From IMG/VR virus record IMGVR_UViG_3300032212_000681, positions 1 to 32,843 of that record: a stretch of DNA of 32,843 bases; one strand, written 5' to 3'. The notes beneath the pieces were generated by a model, which searched no databases, was not told the origin of the DNA, and saw nothing but the letters and a program-made list of their open reading frames with translations. Positions within the stretch are counted from its first letter, which is position 1, and the number at the start of each line of letters is the position of its first letter. Below are positions 25,583 to 32,843 of this stretch, piece after piece. Source of the DNA: a virus. Its lineage: Duplodnaviria > Caudoviricetes. Both the position numbers and the translations under genes were made by a program.

Positions 25583-26040
25583 TACTCACCTACCGATTTT
25601 AGAAACACAACTTGATCTAACGTGTTTTTTAGAACAGTAAACGCACTCTGGGCCTCCATAATTTCACGCTTTATATTTAAACAATCTTTATGCGACAGAT
25701 TCCCATCTGACAAAGCCTTCTGAACGATCTCTACCGCTTTTATAACATCACCGCTCTCGCTGGCTGCATGTAAAGTTGCCTGTAGAACAGAATCAGCTGT
25801 ATCACTGTTACTTGATACAAATCGTCCACCAAACAAACCACAAAGAACCTCAAGCGGCTCTGTATTTTCGGTTGCCCTCATGATCCTTATGAACTCACCG
25901 ATATTTGGCATATTCACATCATTACTCGGCAACACTTTTTTACTGAGCGTGCGCTCTAGCACCCCAATTTTTTGAGCCACCGCTGTTATACCACCCGCTT
26001 TTTTACAAGCCTGGTGCAAACTATGAAAAAGCTGCTCCAT
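25582..26040 (-). CDS. CII-like phage regulatory protein
   Basis: HTH GGITAVAQKIGVLERTLSKKV, ESGDV motif, follows cro. Confidence 0.72.
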   Translation of the reverse strand: MEQLFHSLHQACKKAGGITAVAQKIGVLERTLSKKVLPSNDVNMPNIGEFIRIMRATENTEPLEVLCGLFGGRFVSSNSDTADSVLQATLHAASESGDVIKAVEIVQKALSDGNLSHKDCLNIKREIMEAQSAFTVLKNTLDQVVFLKSVGE

Positions 26041-26111
26041 CTCAAACCCCTTTTTTTGAGGGAGATTCTATTTAGAATTTCCCCTATGATTTTAATTATG
26101 AATACAAAACA

Positions 26112-26348
26112 CTATGCCGCTGCCTTATCACCCCAAATGTCAGGGCGCAAATCTTCACGTCGAAGAACAGCACTTGGTGTAAATTTTTTAGATGCTAACT
26201 CAAGTCTTTTTGCGAGCTTGTGGCTGGGGGATCTATTTCCAGCCTTAATTTGTTTCATATATCCAATACTTGTACCCGCTTCATCAAGTACCAATTTTCG
26301 AAGATACATATTTTTTTTTGTGGTTTTTAGCCATGCTTCAATGTCCAT
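26112..26348 (-). CDS. cro: Cro/YdaS-like repressor
   Basis: GTSIGYMKQIKAGNRSPS and terminal EDLRPDIW motif; divergent from cI. Confidence 0.8.
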   Translation of the reverse strand: MDIEAWLKTTKKNMYLRKLVLDEAGTSIGYMKQIKAGNRSPSHKLAKRLELASKKFTPSAVLRREDLRPDIWGDKAAA

Positions 26349-26356
26349 AATTAATT

Positions 26357-26385
26357 AAATTAGCAAAATGATAAAGATAAGACAA
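26357..26385 (-). promoter_or_regulatory. PR promoter with operator in the spacer
   Basis: Minus strand TTGTCT-N17-TAATTT with extended TGn; operator TTAGCAAAATGATAA at 26360-26374. Confidence 0.65.
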
Positions 26386-26445
26386 GAAAAATATACAGAT
26401 TTTTGCACATTTCAAACTAAACAAAATTCTGTTGTAATTAACAAT

Positions 26446-26886
26446 ATGGACATTAAAGACATACGCAGAGACAATTTAAGAATTCTAATCGAAGAATTTG
26501 GCAGCGCAAAAAAACTATCTGACGCGACCGACACAAACCCTAACTACATCAGCCAAGTTCTTAACATGCACACTACACCTGAAGGCAAAAAGCGCGGAAT
26601 GGGCAGCATTTTAGCCAGGAGACTAGAAGAAAAAGCTAATAAAGAGCTTGGCTGGATGGATACGAGCCATATGGATATATCGGAATCCGAAGAAGAGGCC
26701 CTTAAAGTCACTGAAGAACTTATGTTCGAAGCTGTTGCCTTCATTAAGCGAAACCTAAATGATGAAGACTTCAAACAATTAACCGGCAAACAATTAGCAA
26801 AGAAAATATTCAAAATTCTCGATCTTTTTAGAGACCCAAACATCAAGCTTCTCACCGACAAAACCATTCTAAAACTAATCAAGTAA
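26446..26886 (+). CDS. cI: CI-like repressor without S24 peptidase domain
   Basis: MDIKDIRRDNL...YISQVL...RGMGSILARRLE...GWMD is a lambdoid repressor N-domain; short helical C-terminus. ORF open from 26368. Confidence 0.78.
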   Translation: MDIKDIRRDNLRILIEEFGSAKKLSDATDTNPNYISQVLNMHTTPEGKKRGMGSILARRLEEKANKELGWMDTSHMDISESEEEALKVTEELMFEAVAFIKRNLNDEDFKQLTGKQLAKKIFKILDLFRDPNIKLLTDKTILKLIK

Positions 26887-26972
26887 CCACGCATTAAACC
26901 CCACCAATAACGCAAAACTTCGCATTTATACGCCTGCAAAAAGACAATACCTAGCCATATCACAATAAAAGA

Positions 26973-27024
26973 TTATGTTTTTGCTAACTTTTACATTGAC
27001 AAACATTATCAATTAGCTTACTTT
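26973..27024 (+). promoter_or_regulatory. PL promoter with two operators
   Basis: TTGACA(26996)-N17-TACTTT; operator-like TTATGTTTTTGCTAA (26973-26987) and TTATCAATTAGCTTA (27006-27020) match the PR site. Confidence 0.7.
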
Positions 27025-27176
27025 TTAAACATCCTCACCCGAGTAATGCATCCGGGCTGCACTTCAGGAGACTGATTATCCACTTTTGTGGCTCTAACCA
27101 GACAATAACGCCTGATAAATGGGGCTAAACACGACACAGAAAACGATTACTAACCATTGAATGAGCAACATCTGAT

Positions 27177-27305
27177 ATGAAGATTAGGCATTTGCCAGGC
27201 GCATTACTGTTTTGCATCGTATTAATCATTGCATACAGCATTGAAGCAAAAGCCTGCAGCCATGAGTCGCCACTGTTTATACAGAAACCAATTAAACAGC
27301 TATAA
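27177..27305 (+). CDS. Possible 42-aa hydrophobic peptide
   Basis: MKIRHLPGALLFCIVLIIAYSIEAKACSHESPLFIQKPIKQL; its stop overlaps the TAAGGA RBS of the next gene; below the ORF-track cutoff; weak RBS. Confidence 0.4.
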   Translation: MKIRHLPGALLFCIVLIIAYSIEAKACSHESPLFIQKPIKQL

Positions 27306-27315
27306 GGATCTGCAA

Positions 27316-27594
27316 ATGGATACTGAAACCAAAAAAGCAATAAATCGATTAGAGAGGCGTTTAGATAAGCTCGCATTGGAACAATTGCGAGAAGTAGTAG
27401 TGACGTTGTCAACTCAAGTTGAACGACTTGAAATGGAGGCATCACGCGCACATGAAGCTGTTGATTTTTGGCATGAACAAGCAACAGAAATGCAACTAGC
27501 ACTATGCGATGAAAATTATGCCACGCATCACTGCGTCGGCATAAATAAAGAAGGCGAAATGATGGTAGTTAAGATTGATGATCAACCAAACTAA
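27316..27594 (+). CDS. Hypothetical coiled-coil early protein
   Basis: TAAGGA RBS before ATG 27316; heptad pattern; ORF open from 27229. Confidence 0.65.
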   Translation: MDTETKKAINRLERRLDKLALEQLREVVVTLSTQVERLEMEASRAHEAVDFWHEQATEMQLALCDENYATHHCVGINKEGEMMVVKIDDQPN

Positions 27595-27624
27595 CAGCAT
27601 GCAAAAATATAAGGACCTGTAAAA

Positions 27625-27867
27625 ATGAACCAACCAAACCTATGTGCTGAACACGAAGAAATCGGGATACGTGACGCCGTAAAAAAACTGGTGACAAAGA
27701 AACTAAAAAACAAAGGCTACCCGCAGCATGTTATTGATGAAGGCGTGGAAATAGCCTTTGCCTCCATTGAACAAGGAGACACCGTTCACCGCGCCTACTC
27801 AACTGCTGTAAATTTTATAGTTGAGAATATTAGCGCAACTAATCCAACAGCACCAAACGCCGCCTAA
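27625..27867 (+). CDS. Hypothetical early protein
   Basis: TAAGGA RBS; coupled to the next gene (TAATG). Confidence 0.6.
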   Translation: MNQPNLCAEHEEIGIRDAVKKLVTKKLKNKGYPQHVIDEGVEIAFASIEQGDTVHRAYSTAVNFIVENISATNPTAPNAA

Positions 27868-28166
27868 TGAAAGAAAAGCGCTACACATTACGCGAAGCCG
27901 CTAAAAAAATAGCCATTCCCGAACGGCAATTTTTCGAACTGTTACGCGAACTAAAAATCATCACGAAAGACAATCAGCCTGTATTGGAATATAGAAAAAA
28001 AGGCTATTTAGAGCTTAAATCATCGCATTTCACGCACCCAGTATTTGGCGAACAGGGTAGATTTTCTACTGTAGTGACACTTAGCGGATTAGATTTTTTA
28101 AACGAGGTCATACAAGAAAAATTAAAAATCGACGCCACCAGAAACGAGTATAAAAAATGCCTATAA
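27867..28166 (+). CDS. Phage antirepressor KilAC-domain protein
   Basis: TLREAAKKI...FFELLRE...NQP...KGYLE...TVVTLSGLDFL is the KilAC/ANT pattern. Confidence 0.85.
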   Translation: MKEKRYTLREAAKKIAIPERQFFELLRELKIITKDNQPVLEYRKKGYLELKSSHFTHPVFGEQGRFSTVVTLSGLDFLNEVIQEKLKIDATRNEYKKCL

Positions 28167-28471
28167 ATTATTCCCAACTTGCTCGATGTGAAATGAATAA
28201 AAAAAAGAGATTCACAATACAAAGCATTGCAGATTCGATCGGCTGTGATCGTGAAAATATTTCATGGATGACCACTACATTAAAAAAACAAGGTTATATT
28301 AAGTTATTCAGTAAATCGATAAATAAAAAAACGGGTTGCATCCAAGCCACATATATTAGGTTAAAAAAAATACCACCCGCAAGAAACAAACATAACGAAA
28401 ACGATGAAATTATTGAAATTGATACAAAATCATTTTGGTATCAGTTTTGTTTTAATAAAAAAACAGCATAA
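28157..28471 (+). CDS. Putative winged-helix DNA-binding protein
   Basis: FTIQSIADSIGCDRENISWMTTTLKKQGYI. Confidence 0.55.
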   Translation: MPINYSQLARCEMNKKKRFTIQSIADSIGCDRENISWMTTTLKKQGYIKLFSKSINKKTGCIQATYIRLKKIPPARNKHNENDEIIEIDTKSFWYQFCFNKKTA

Positions 28472-28513
28472 AAAATAATAACCAAACAACAATCACAACA
28501 CAGGGGTAGATAT

Positions 28514-28882
28514 ATGAGTAATCCAACGGAAATAAATCAGTTTATAAACGACCTTGACGGAGGTGTGTTTTCAGAACGTTTAGGGAAAATATTATCCGAC
28601 GTCGCAGCCGGTGTAATGGATCACGAAAAAGCCGGAAAAGTAAGCATTGACCTCAACATCAAACGTGTTTCTGACACGTTTCAGGTGCATATAGATCATA
28701 AAGTTACATATAAGCGTCCAACAGCTCGTGGTGATATTTCAGAAAACAACGTAACAACAACATTAATGCATGTAGATGTTGGCGGTGAAATGACGCTATT
28801 CCCGAAATCACAAGTCCCAAGAGGGCAAATGCATATTGCAGATAAAGAAACTGGCGAAATCCTAACAGGAGGAAACAAATAA
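28514..28882 (+). CDS. YfdP-like phage protein
   Basis: FINDLDGGVF...GKVSIDL...YKRPTARG...TLMHV..GG.MTLFP; coupled to the DUF2303 gene. Confidence 0.7.
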   Translation: MSNPTEINQFINDLDGGVFSERLGKILSDVAAGVMDHEKAGKVSIDLNIKRVSDTFQVHIDHKVTYKRPTARGDISENNVTTTLMHVDVGGEMTLFPKSQVPRGQMHIADKETGEILTGGNK

Positions 28883-29706
28883 TGTCATTAACACCAGAAG
28901 CAATTAAACACATTGAAGGCAGGGCAAAAGCTGGCGATAAAATAGACGGCCTTAACGTGGCGTTTGATGCCGTACTCATACCCAATGATATGACCATGCA
29001 GACAACCGAGCATCTTCAGGAATTTAAAAATCGCTTTGAAGGTTTTTTCCATACAGACTCAATTAACAGCTTTGCTGAGTATGTAAACAAACAACCTAAA
29101 AAATCTTGTTTTATAAATTCTCGTAAACCTAAAGCACGCGCGGTGTTTGATATTGGCACTCTCGAAAAACCAGAGCATTGCGTCCACACTGCAACAATAG
29201 AACTTGCGACAACAGCCGCATTTGATGCCTTGAATACTTTTACCGGGCACCGTCGAGACCAATCAGATCTTGCTGAATTTATGGAAGACTGGCGCTTTTG
29301 CATTACAGCAACCGATGACACTGGTGAAGAAATGGACACAAGCAAAGCAATTATGGCTATTCGGAAAATCACTATCGACGCTAAAAACAAAACCGAGTGC
29401 GAAGTTAAAACATTTAGCACATCGAAATCAATTAATGAACAAATTGAAGCGAACAGCCAGGGCGATCCGCTACCCGCATGGATTACATTTTCTTGCATTC
29501 CTTATCACGGCGTTAACCAAATTGATCTCCCTATGCGAGTACAAGCTAGTGTTTCGCGTGGAGAGATCAGCTTTAACATGAAGATACAAAATTACGAGCA
29601 AATTATTGAAAATATCGTTGATGAGTTTCGGGAACTTGTAACTACGGCACTTGATGATAATACTGAAATATTTACAGGTACTTTTTTAGCTACTCGTAAC
29701 GGCTAG
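28882..29706 (+). CDS. DUF2303 (YfdQ-like) protein
   Basis: RFEGFF.T.SI.SF, AVFDIGT...HC.HTA, QSDLAEFMEDW and CIPYHG motifs. Confidence 0.85.
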   Translation: MSLTPEAIKHIEGRAKAGDKIDGLNVAFDAVLIPNDMTMQTTEHLQEFKNRFEGFFHTDSINSFAEYVNKQPKKSCFINSRKPKARAVFDIGTLEKPEHCVHTATIELATTAAFDALNTFTGHRRDQSDLAEFMEDWRFCITATDDTGEEMDTSKAIMAIRKITIDAKNKTECEVKTFSTSKSINEQIEANSQGDPLPAWITFSCIPYHGVNQIDLPMRVQASVSRGEISFNMKIQNYEQIIENIVDEFRELVTTALDDNTEIFTGTFLATRNG

Positions 29707-29735
29707 GCCATTAACGTAACAATTTAAATAAGACT

Positions 29736-29749
29736 CTACAAGGATGTAG
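29736..29749 (+). promoter_or_regulatory. CsrA/RsmA-consensus hairpin upstream of xis
   Basis: CTACA-AGGA-TGTAG contains UACAAGGAUGU, matching RUACARGGAUGU except at the first base, with GGA in the loop. Confidence 0.5.
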
Positions 29750-29786
29750 GCTTTTATCAAAAAACACGAGAAAGAGCAACCCAGTT

Positions 29787-30011
29787 ATGGCATGGCAAAA
29801 AATATCACAGTTTAGAGAGGACGCATTTGAGGAAGGCTCAAAACCTCAAATTCGTACTATTATTGGCTGGATAGAGTCGGGCGAATTATACGGGCGTAAG
29901 TTTGGTAACCAGTGGTATGTTGACCCCGATATCTCAATAGTACCAGGAAGCAATTTTCAGCCAGAAATAAGCAACGAAGCAATGAACCTAGTACAACAGG
30001 CACAGGGATAA
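29787..30011 (+). CDS. xis: Excisionase-like protein
   Basis: PQIRTIIGWIESGELYGRKFGNQWYVD winged-helix motif; coupled to int (TAATG). Confidence 0.75.
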   Translation: MAWQKISQFREDAFEEGSKPQIRTIIGWIESGELYGRKFGNQWYVDPDISIVPGSNFQPEISNEAMNLVQQAQG

Positions 30012-31171
30012 TGATTAAACGAGGCAAATCAAATGAAGATTTAGTTGAAAATCTTCACATCAGTGTCAAAAAGAAAGACGTCACTTATTACTATTACTTA
30101 CACCCCATTACTAAAAAACGAACATCAATGGGCAATAACCGAAAGATAGCCATTGAAGCCGCAACATATTTAAACGGTCTTCTTACAAAAAAAGCACCAT
30201 TAATTCAAAGGGTAATGAACCCCAAAAAGAAAACCGTACTTGAAGTTATCAATGAATACAAAAAGGAAATTTTCCCTAATAAACCATTAGCAGACCGAAC
30301 AAAAGATAACTACAGATACAGAATAAACCTGTTTGCTGAAAGTATGGGTAATAAAATGATAGAGTCAGTAGACAGGGTAATAATTGCCAACTGGCTAAAA
30401 TCTTACGCAGTCAGTAATGATGTGTATAACACTGCCCTATTTCTGATTAAGGATATTTTTGATTATGCTGTATCAAGAAAATATATCGACACCAATGAAG
30501 CAGCGCTAGTTCTTAAAAAATCCAAGTCTAAAAAGCTTGAAGCAAACAAAAAGACACGCCAGAGACTCACTGTAGAGCAATTCTGGGCAATTCATGAACA
30601 AGCCCCACCATGGCTACAAAATGCTATGGAATTGTCTCTAGTGACCTTACAGGCCCGTCAGGAACTAGTTAATATTGAATATTCTCATCACCGTGAAGGC
30701 TGGCTATATATTATTAGACAAAAGGTAGCTGGTGAATCTGATTATGGTTTCATTAGGATAAAAACAACCAAACAGATAGACGATATTATTAAACGCTCAA
30801 GGGATAAAATAGTTTGCCCTTATTTTTTACACTACAACCCAAAAAGAATTAGACGTGACCAGATGAACTCAAAAAAACACTGGGCATGCATAACAACCGG
30901 TTATCTATCAAGCGAATTTAAAAAAGCCAGAGACAAAACTAAATTATTTGATGGCTGGGAAAAAGGCGCTGCTCCGACATTTCACGAAATACGTTCTTTA
31001 GGCGCGAGAATATACAGAGAGCAAGGGCAGCATAAAAACTACATTCAAAGCCTGCTCACGCACTCAGATCAGAAAACCACTCAGATATACCTAGATGGAG
31101 GCGATTTAACCGATGAGCATTTTTATAAGGTTGAGGCTGGACTGGATTTGATGAGCTTACCAAATATCTAA
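30011..31171 (+). CDS. int: Lambda-type tyrosine integrase, catalytically intact
   Basis: Arm-binding N-domain YYYYLHPITKKR; LQARQEL (R), TFHEIRSL (HxxR), LLTHS and TTQIYL (Y). Confidence 0.95.
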   Translation: MIKRGKSNEDLVENLHISVKKKDVTYYYYLHPITKKRTSMGNNRKIAIEAATYLNGLLTKKAPLIQRVMNPKKKTVLEVINEYKKEIFPNKPLADRTKDNYRYRINLFAESMGNKMIESVDRVIIANWLKSYAVSNDVYNTALFLIKDIFDYAVSRKYIDTNEAALVLKKSKSKKLEANKKTRQRLTVEQFWAIHEQAPPWLQNAMELSLVTLQARQELVNIEYSHHREGWLYIIRQKVAGESDYGFIRIKTTKQIDDIIKRSRDKIVCPYFLHYNPKRIRRDQMNSKKHWACITTGYLSSEFKKARDKTKLFDGWEKGAAPTFHEIRSLGARIYREQGQHKNYIQSLLTHSDQKTTQIYLDGGDLTDEHFYKVEAGLDLMSLPNI

Positions 31172-31266
31172 TAGCCCATTTTATATATATTTTTTACAAA
31201 ATATTCGTGAGAAAATATATACTTATAGTCTATTCTTAATAACAATTCTTAACTGAGTACTCAATA

Positions 31267-32013
31267 ATGTCGAGCACAAGCAAAATAGAGTGGACCGAGC
31301 AGACTTGGAACCCAACTACCGGCTGCACAAAGATATCACCGGGTTGCAAACACTGCTACGCTGAAAAAATGGCTTATCGCTTAAAAGCCATGGGAGCAGG
31401 TGGCTACGAGAATGGTTTTGAATTATCTGTACATGAAAACAGACTAAACCAACCTTTAAAACGGAAAAAACCTACAGTTTATTTTGTAAACTCGATGTCA
31501 GACTTATTCCATGAAGATATAAGTGACGCTTTCATCGATAAAGTTTTTAGCGTTATCGAGGCTACGCCTCAGCACACTTATCAGATATTGACAAAGCGGT
31601 CACAGCGACTGCCAAAATATTTCAAAAACAATAAATGCCCTGACAACGTCTGGCTAGGCGTATCAGTAGAAAACAGACAGCACGGCATAGAGCGCATAGA
31701 TCACTTGCGTCAGGTAAAAGCTAAAATTCGATTCTTATCCGTTGAGCCGCTACTAGAGGATGTAGGATTATTGAACCTGAAAAATATCCATTGGGTTATT
31801 GTCGGAGGCGAGTCAGGACCTAAAGCCAGGCCTATGAAATCAGAATGGGCTGAAAATATTCGCGCCCAGGCTGAAAAATCTGGGGCAGCTTACTTCTTTA
31901 AACAATGGGGAACATGGGGAGCAGATGGTGTAAGACGAAGCAAACAAGCTAATGGGAGAACACTTAACGGACATGTTTACGACGGCTATCCTGATATACA
32001 AACACCAGGTTAA
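31267..32013 (+). CDS. DUF5131 (phage Gp37/Gp68 family) three-Cys-motif protein
   Basis: IEWTEQTWNPTTGCTKISPGCKHCYA (Cx6Cx2C), VNSMSDLFH, QILTKR, SVEPLL, VGGESG and FFKQWG. Confidence 0.93.
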   Translation: MSSTSKIEWTEQTWNPTTGCTKISPGCKHCYAEKMAYRLKAMGAGGYENGFELSVHENRLNQPLKRKKPTVYFVNSMSDLFHEDISDAFIDKVFSVIEATPQHTYQILTKRSQRLPKYFKNNKCPDNVWLGVSVENRQHGIERIDHLRQVKAKIRFLSVEPLLEDVGLLNLKNIHWVIVGGESGPKARPMKSEWAENIRAQAEKSGAAYFFKQWGTWGADGVRRSKQANGRTLNGHVYDGYPDIQTPG

Positions 32014-32843
32014 TCTGATTTCAAAATATAATTTGCGACTTTCATTGAAAGACCAACAGCACCCGGATTTGAAACCGCAAAAAATAATGCAAATCGAGGA
32101 ACACCTGTACGTGGAAGTATTAACGGCTTTGACACTTCTGCAAATATTGACTTTAGCCTTACATCCCTGACATAACGAATTAGACCGTCCCACTCTAATG
32201 TTCGCTCAGCAGATGGATCCGCATCAAATAAATCACCTTGCGCTGGTTTTTCATAAAAAGCAGATCGCCATTCAGTAGTACCTAACAATTCATCAATAGC
32301 TTTTTCCTTCCCCTCATCAAGAGAGACATATTTTCTAGCGGCTTGACGGTACAATCCACTTAATGGGAAAAAATACCAAACGTCAATAGCCTTTGTTTTT
32401 GCGATACCTTCAAGTGTCGGCCATTTAACTTCCATTCCATAAGGATCTAGAAACATAACCGCTCTATTTTTTTTCCAATTTATAGAATTACAAATATCAG
32501 ATATACGATCGTTAGCATCGTCATTATAAACGTGAGTTTCTTTATCAGAATGTTCCGTGCACAATTTATCAAGAGCAATTGAATACCCCTCGTTTTCTTC
32601 AATAAATATATATTGATCAAAACAAGGTACAGTTTGCAAAGCAATTTTCGCAGAACCATCGATAGGAACATCTGAATCTTTCACAGTACATTCACCCGTA
32701 CCCGCAAAAGCATCAATGTAAATTAAATTCCAACCGTATCGCTTTTTAACGTTATTTAGAGCCTTAGTATAAAAGCCAAGATATTTTGATATTGTATTTA
32801 GCTTTAACTCTGTCCAGGCACCGCCAAACTTATGCTCATTCAT
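32010..32843 (-). CDS. tcmP: Three-Cys-motif partner protein TcmP (SAM-methyltransferase-like fold)
   Basis: FGGAWTELKL, YIDAFAGTG, IDGSAKIAL, DAN, FLDPYG and IDVWYFFP motifs; adjacent to DUF5131; start codon is the last triplet of the window. Confidence 0.88.
   Translation of the reverse strand: MNEHKFGGAWTELKLNTISKYLGFYTKALNNVKKRYGWNLIYIDAFAGTGECTVKDSDVPIDGSAKIALQTVPCFDQYIFIEENEGYSIALDKLCTEHSDKETHVYNDDANDRISDICNSINWKKNRAVMFLDPYGMEVKWPTLEGIAKTKAIDVWYFFPLSGLYRQAARKYVSLDEGKEKAIDELLGTTEWRSAFYEKPAQGDLFDADPSAERTLEWDGLIRYVRDVRLKSIFAEVSKPLILPRTGVPRFALFFAVSNPGAVGLSMKVANYILKSD

Larger units (their letters stand above)
1..31171. mobile_element. Lambda-like temperate siphovirus prophage (boundaries not resolved)
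   Basis: Full lambdoid gene order: int-xis-early genes-cI | cro-cII-O-P-Q-lysis-terminase-portal-protease/capsid-tail. No att direct repeat found; the ORF at the left edge is truncated. Confidence 0.93.

Noticed and set aside
26385-26400. LexA box near the switch (ATATACAG half-site)
   Set aside because: Only one half-site; no CTGT at the required distance.
26544-29581. Minus-strand and out-of-frame ORFs (26544-26963, 27125-27502, 28004-28222, 28696-28997, 29016-29498, 29270-29581)
   Set aside because: They overlap coherent plus-strand early genes and have no independent support.
1-32843. tRNA or rRNA genes
   Set aside because: No cloverleaf or rRNA-like sequence was recognised in the intergenic gaps.

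Overview
The window is almost entirely a temperate, lambda-like siphovirus prophage from a moderately AT-rich, probably gammaproteobacterial host. From right to left it contains: integrase and excisionase, a compact PL early arm (YfdP/YfdQ-like genes, KilAC antirepressor), a CI/Cro/CII switch with recognisable promoters and operators, O/P replication genes with an internal iteron array, Q plus PR' and terminators, a lysis cassette, a cos-like region, terminase, portal, a ClpP-capsid fusion, and a non-contractile tail with a -1 frameshift chaperone. No att sites are visible, and the element probably continues past the left edge. The accessory parts are the most interesting: (i) a three-gene cassette inside the head operon ending in a PhoD-type phosphatase that has no export signal; (ii) a convergent DUF5131 (three-Cys) + TcmP (SAM-methyltransferase fold) pair directly after the integrase; (iii) an intact tyrosine-recombinase ORF that has lost nearly all catalytic residues; (iv) a DUF2786 / ribbon-helix-helix divergon with five 15-bp palindromic operators; (v) an apparent holin-lipoprotein fusion; (vi) a CsrA-consensus hairpin before xis-int. 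All family assignments come from motif recognition and synteny by eye; no database search was run.
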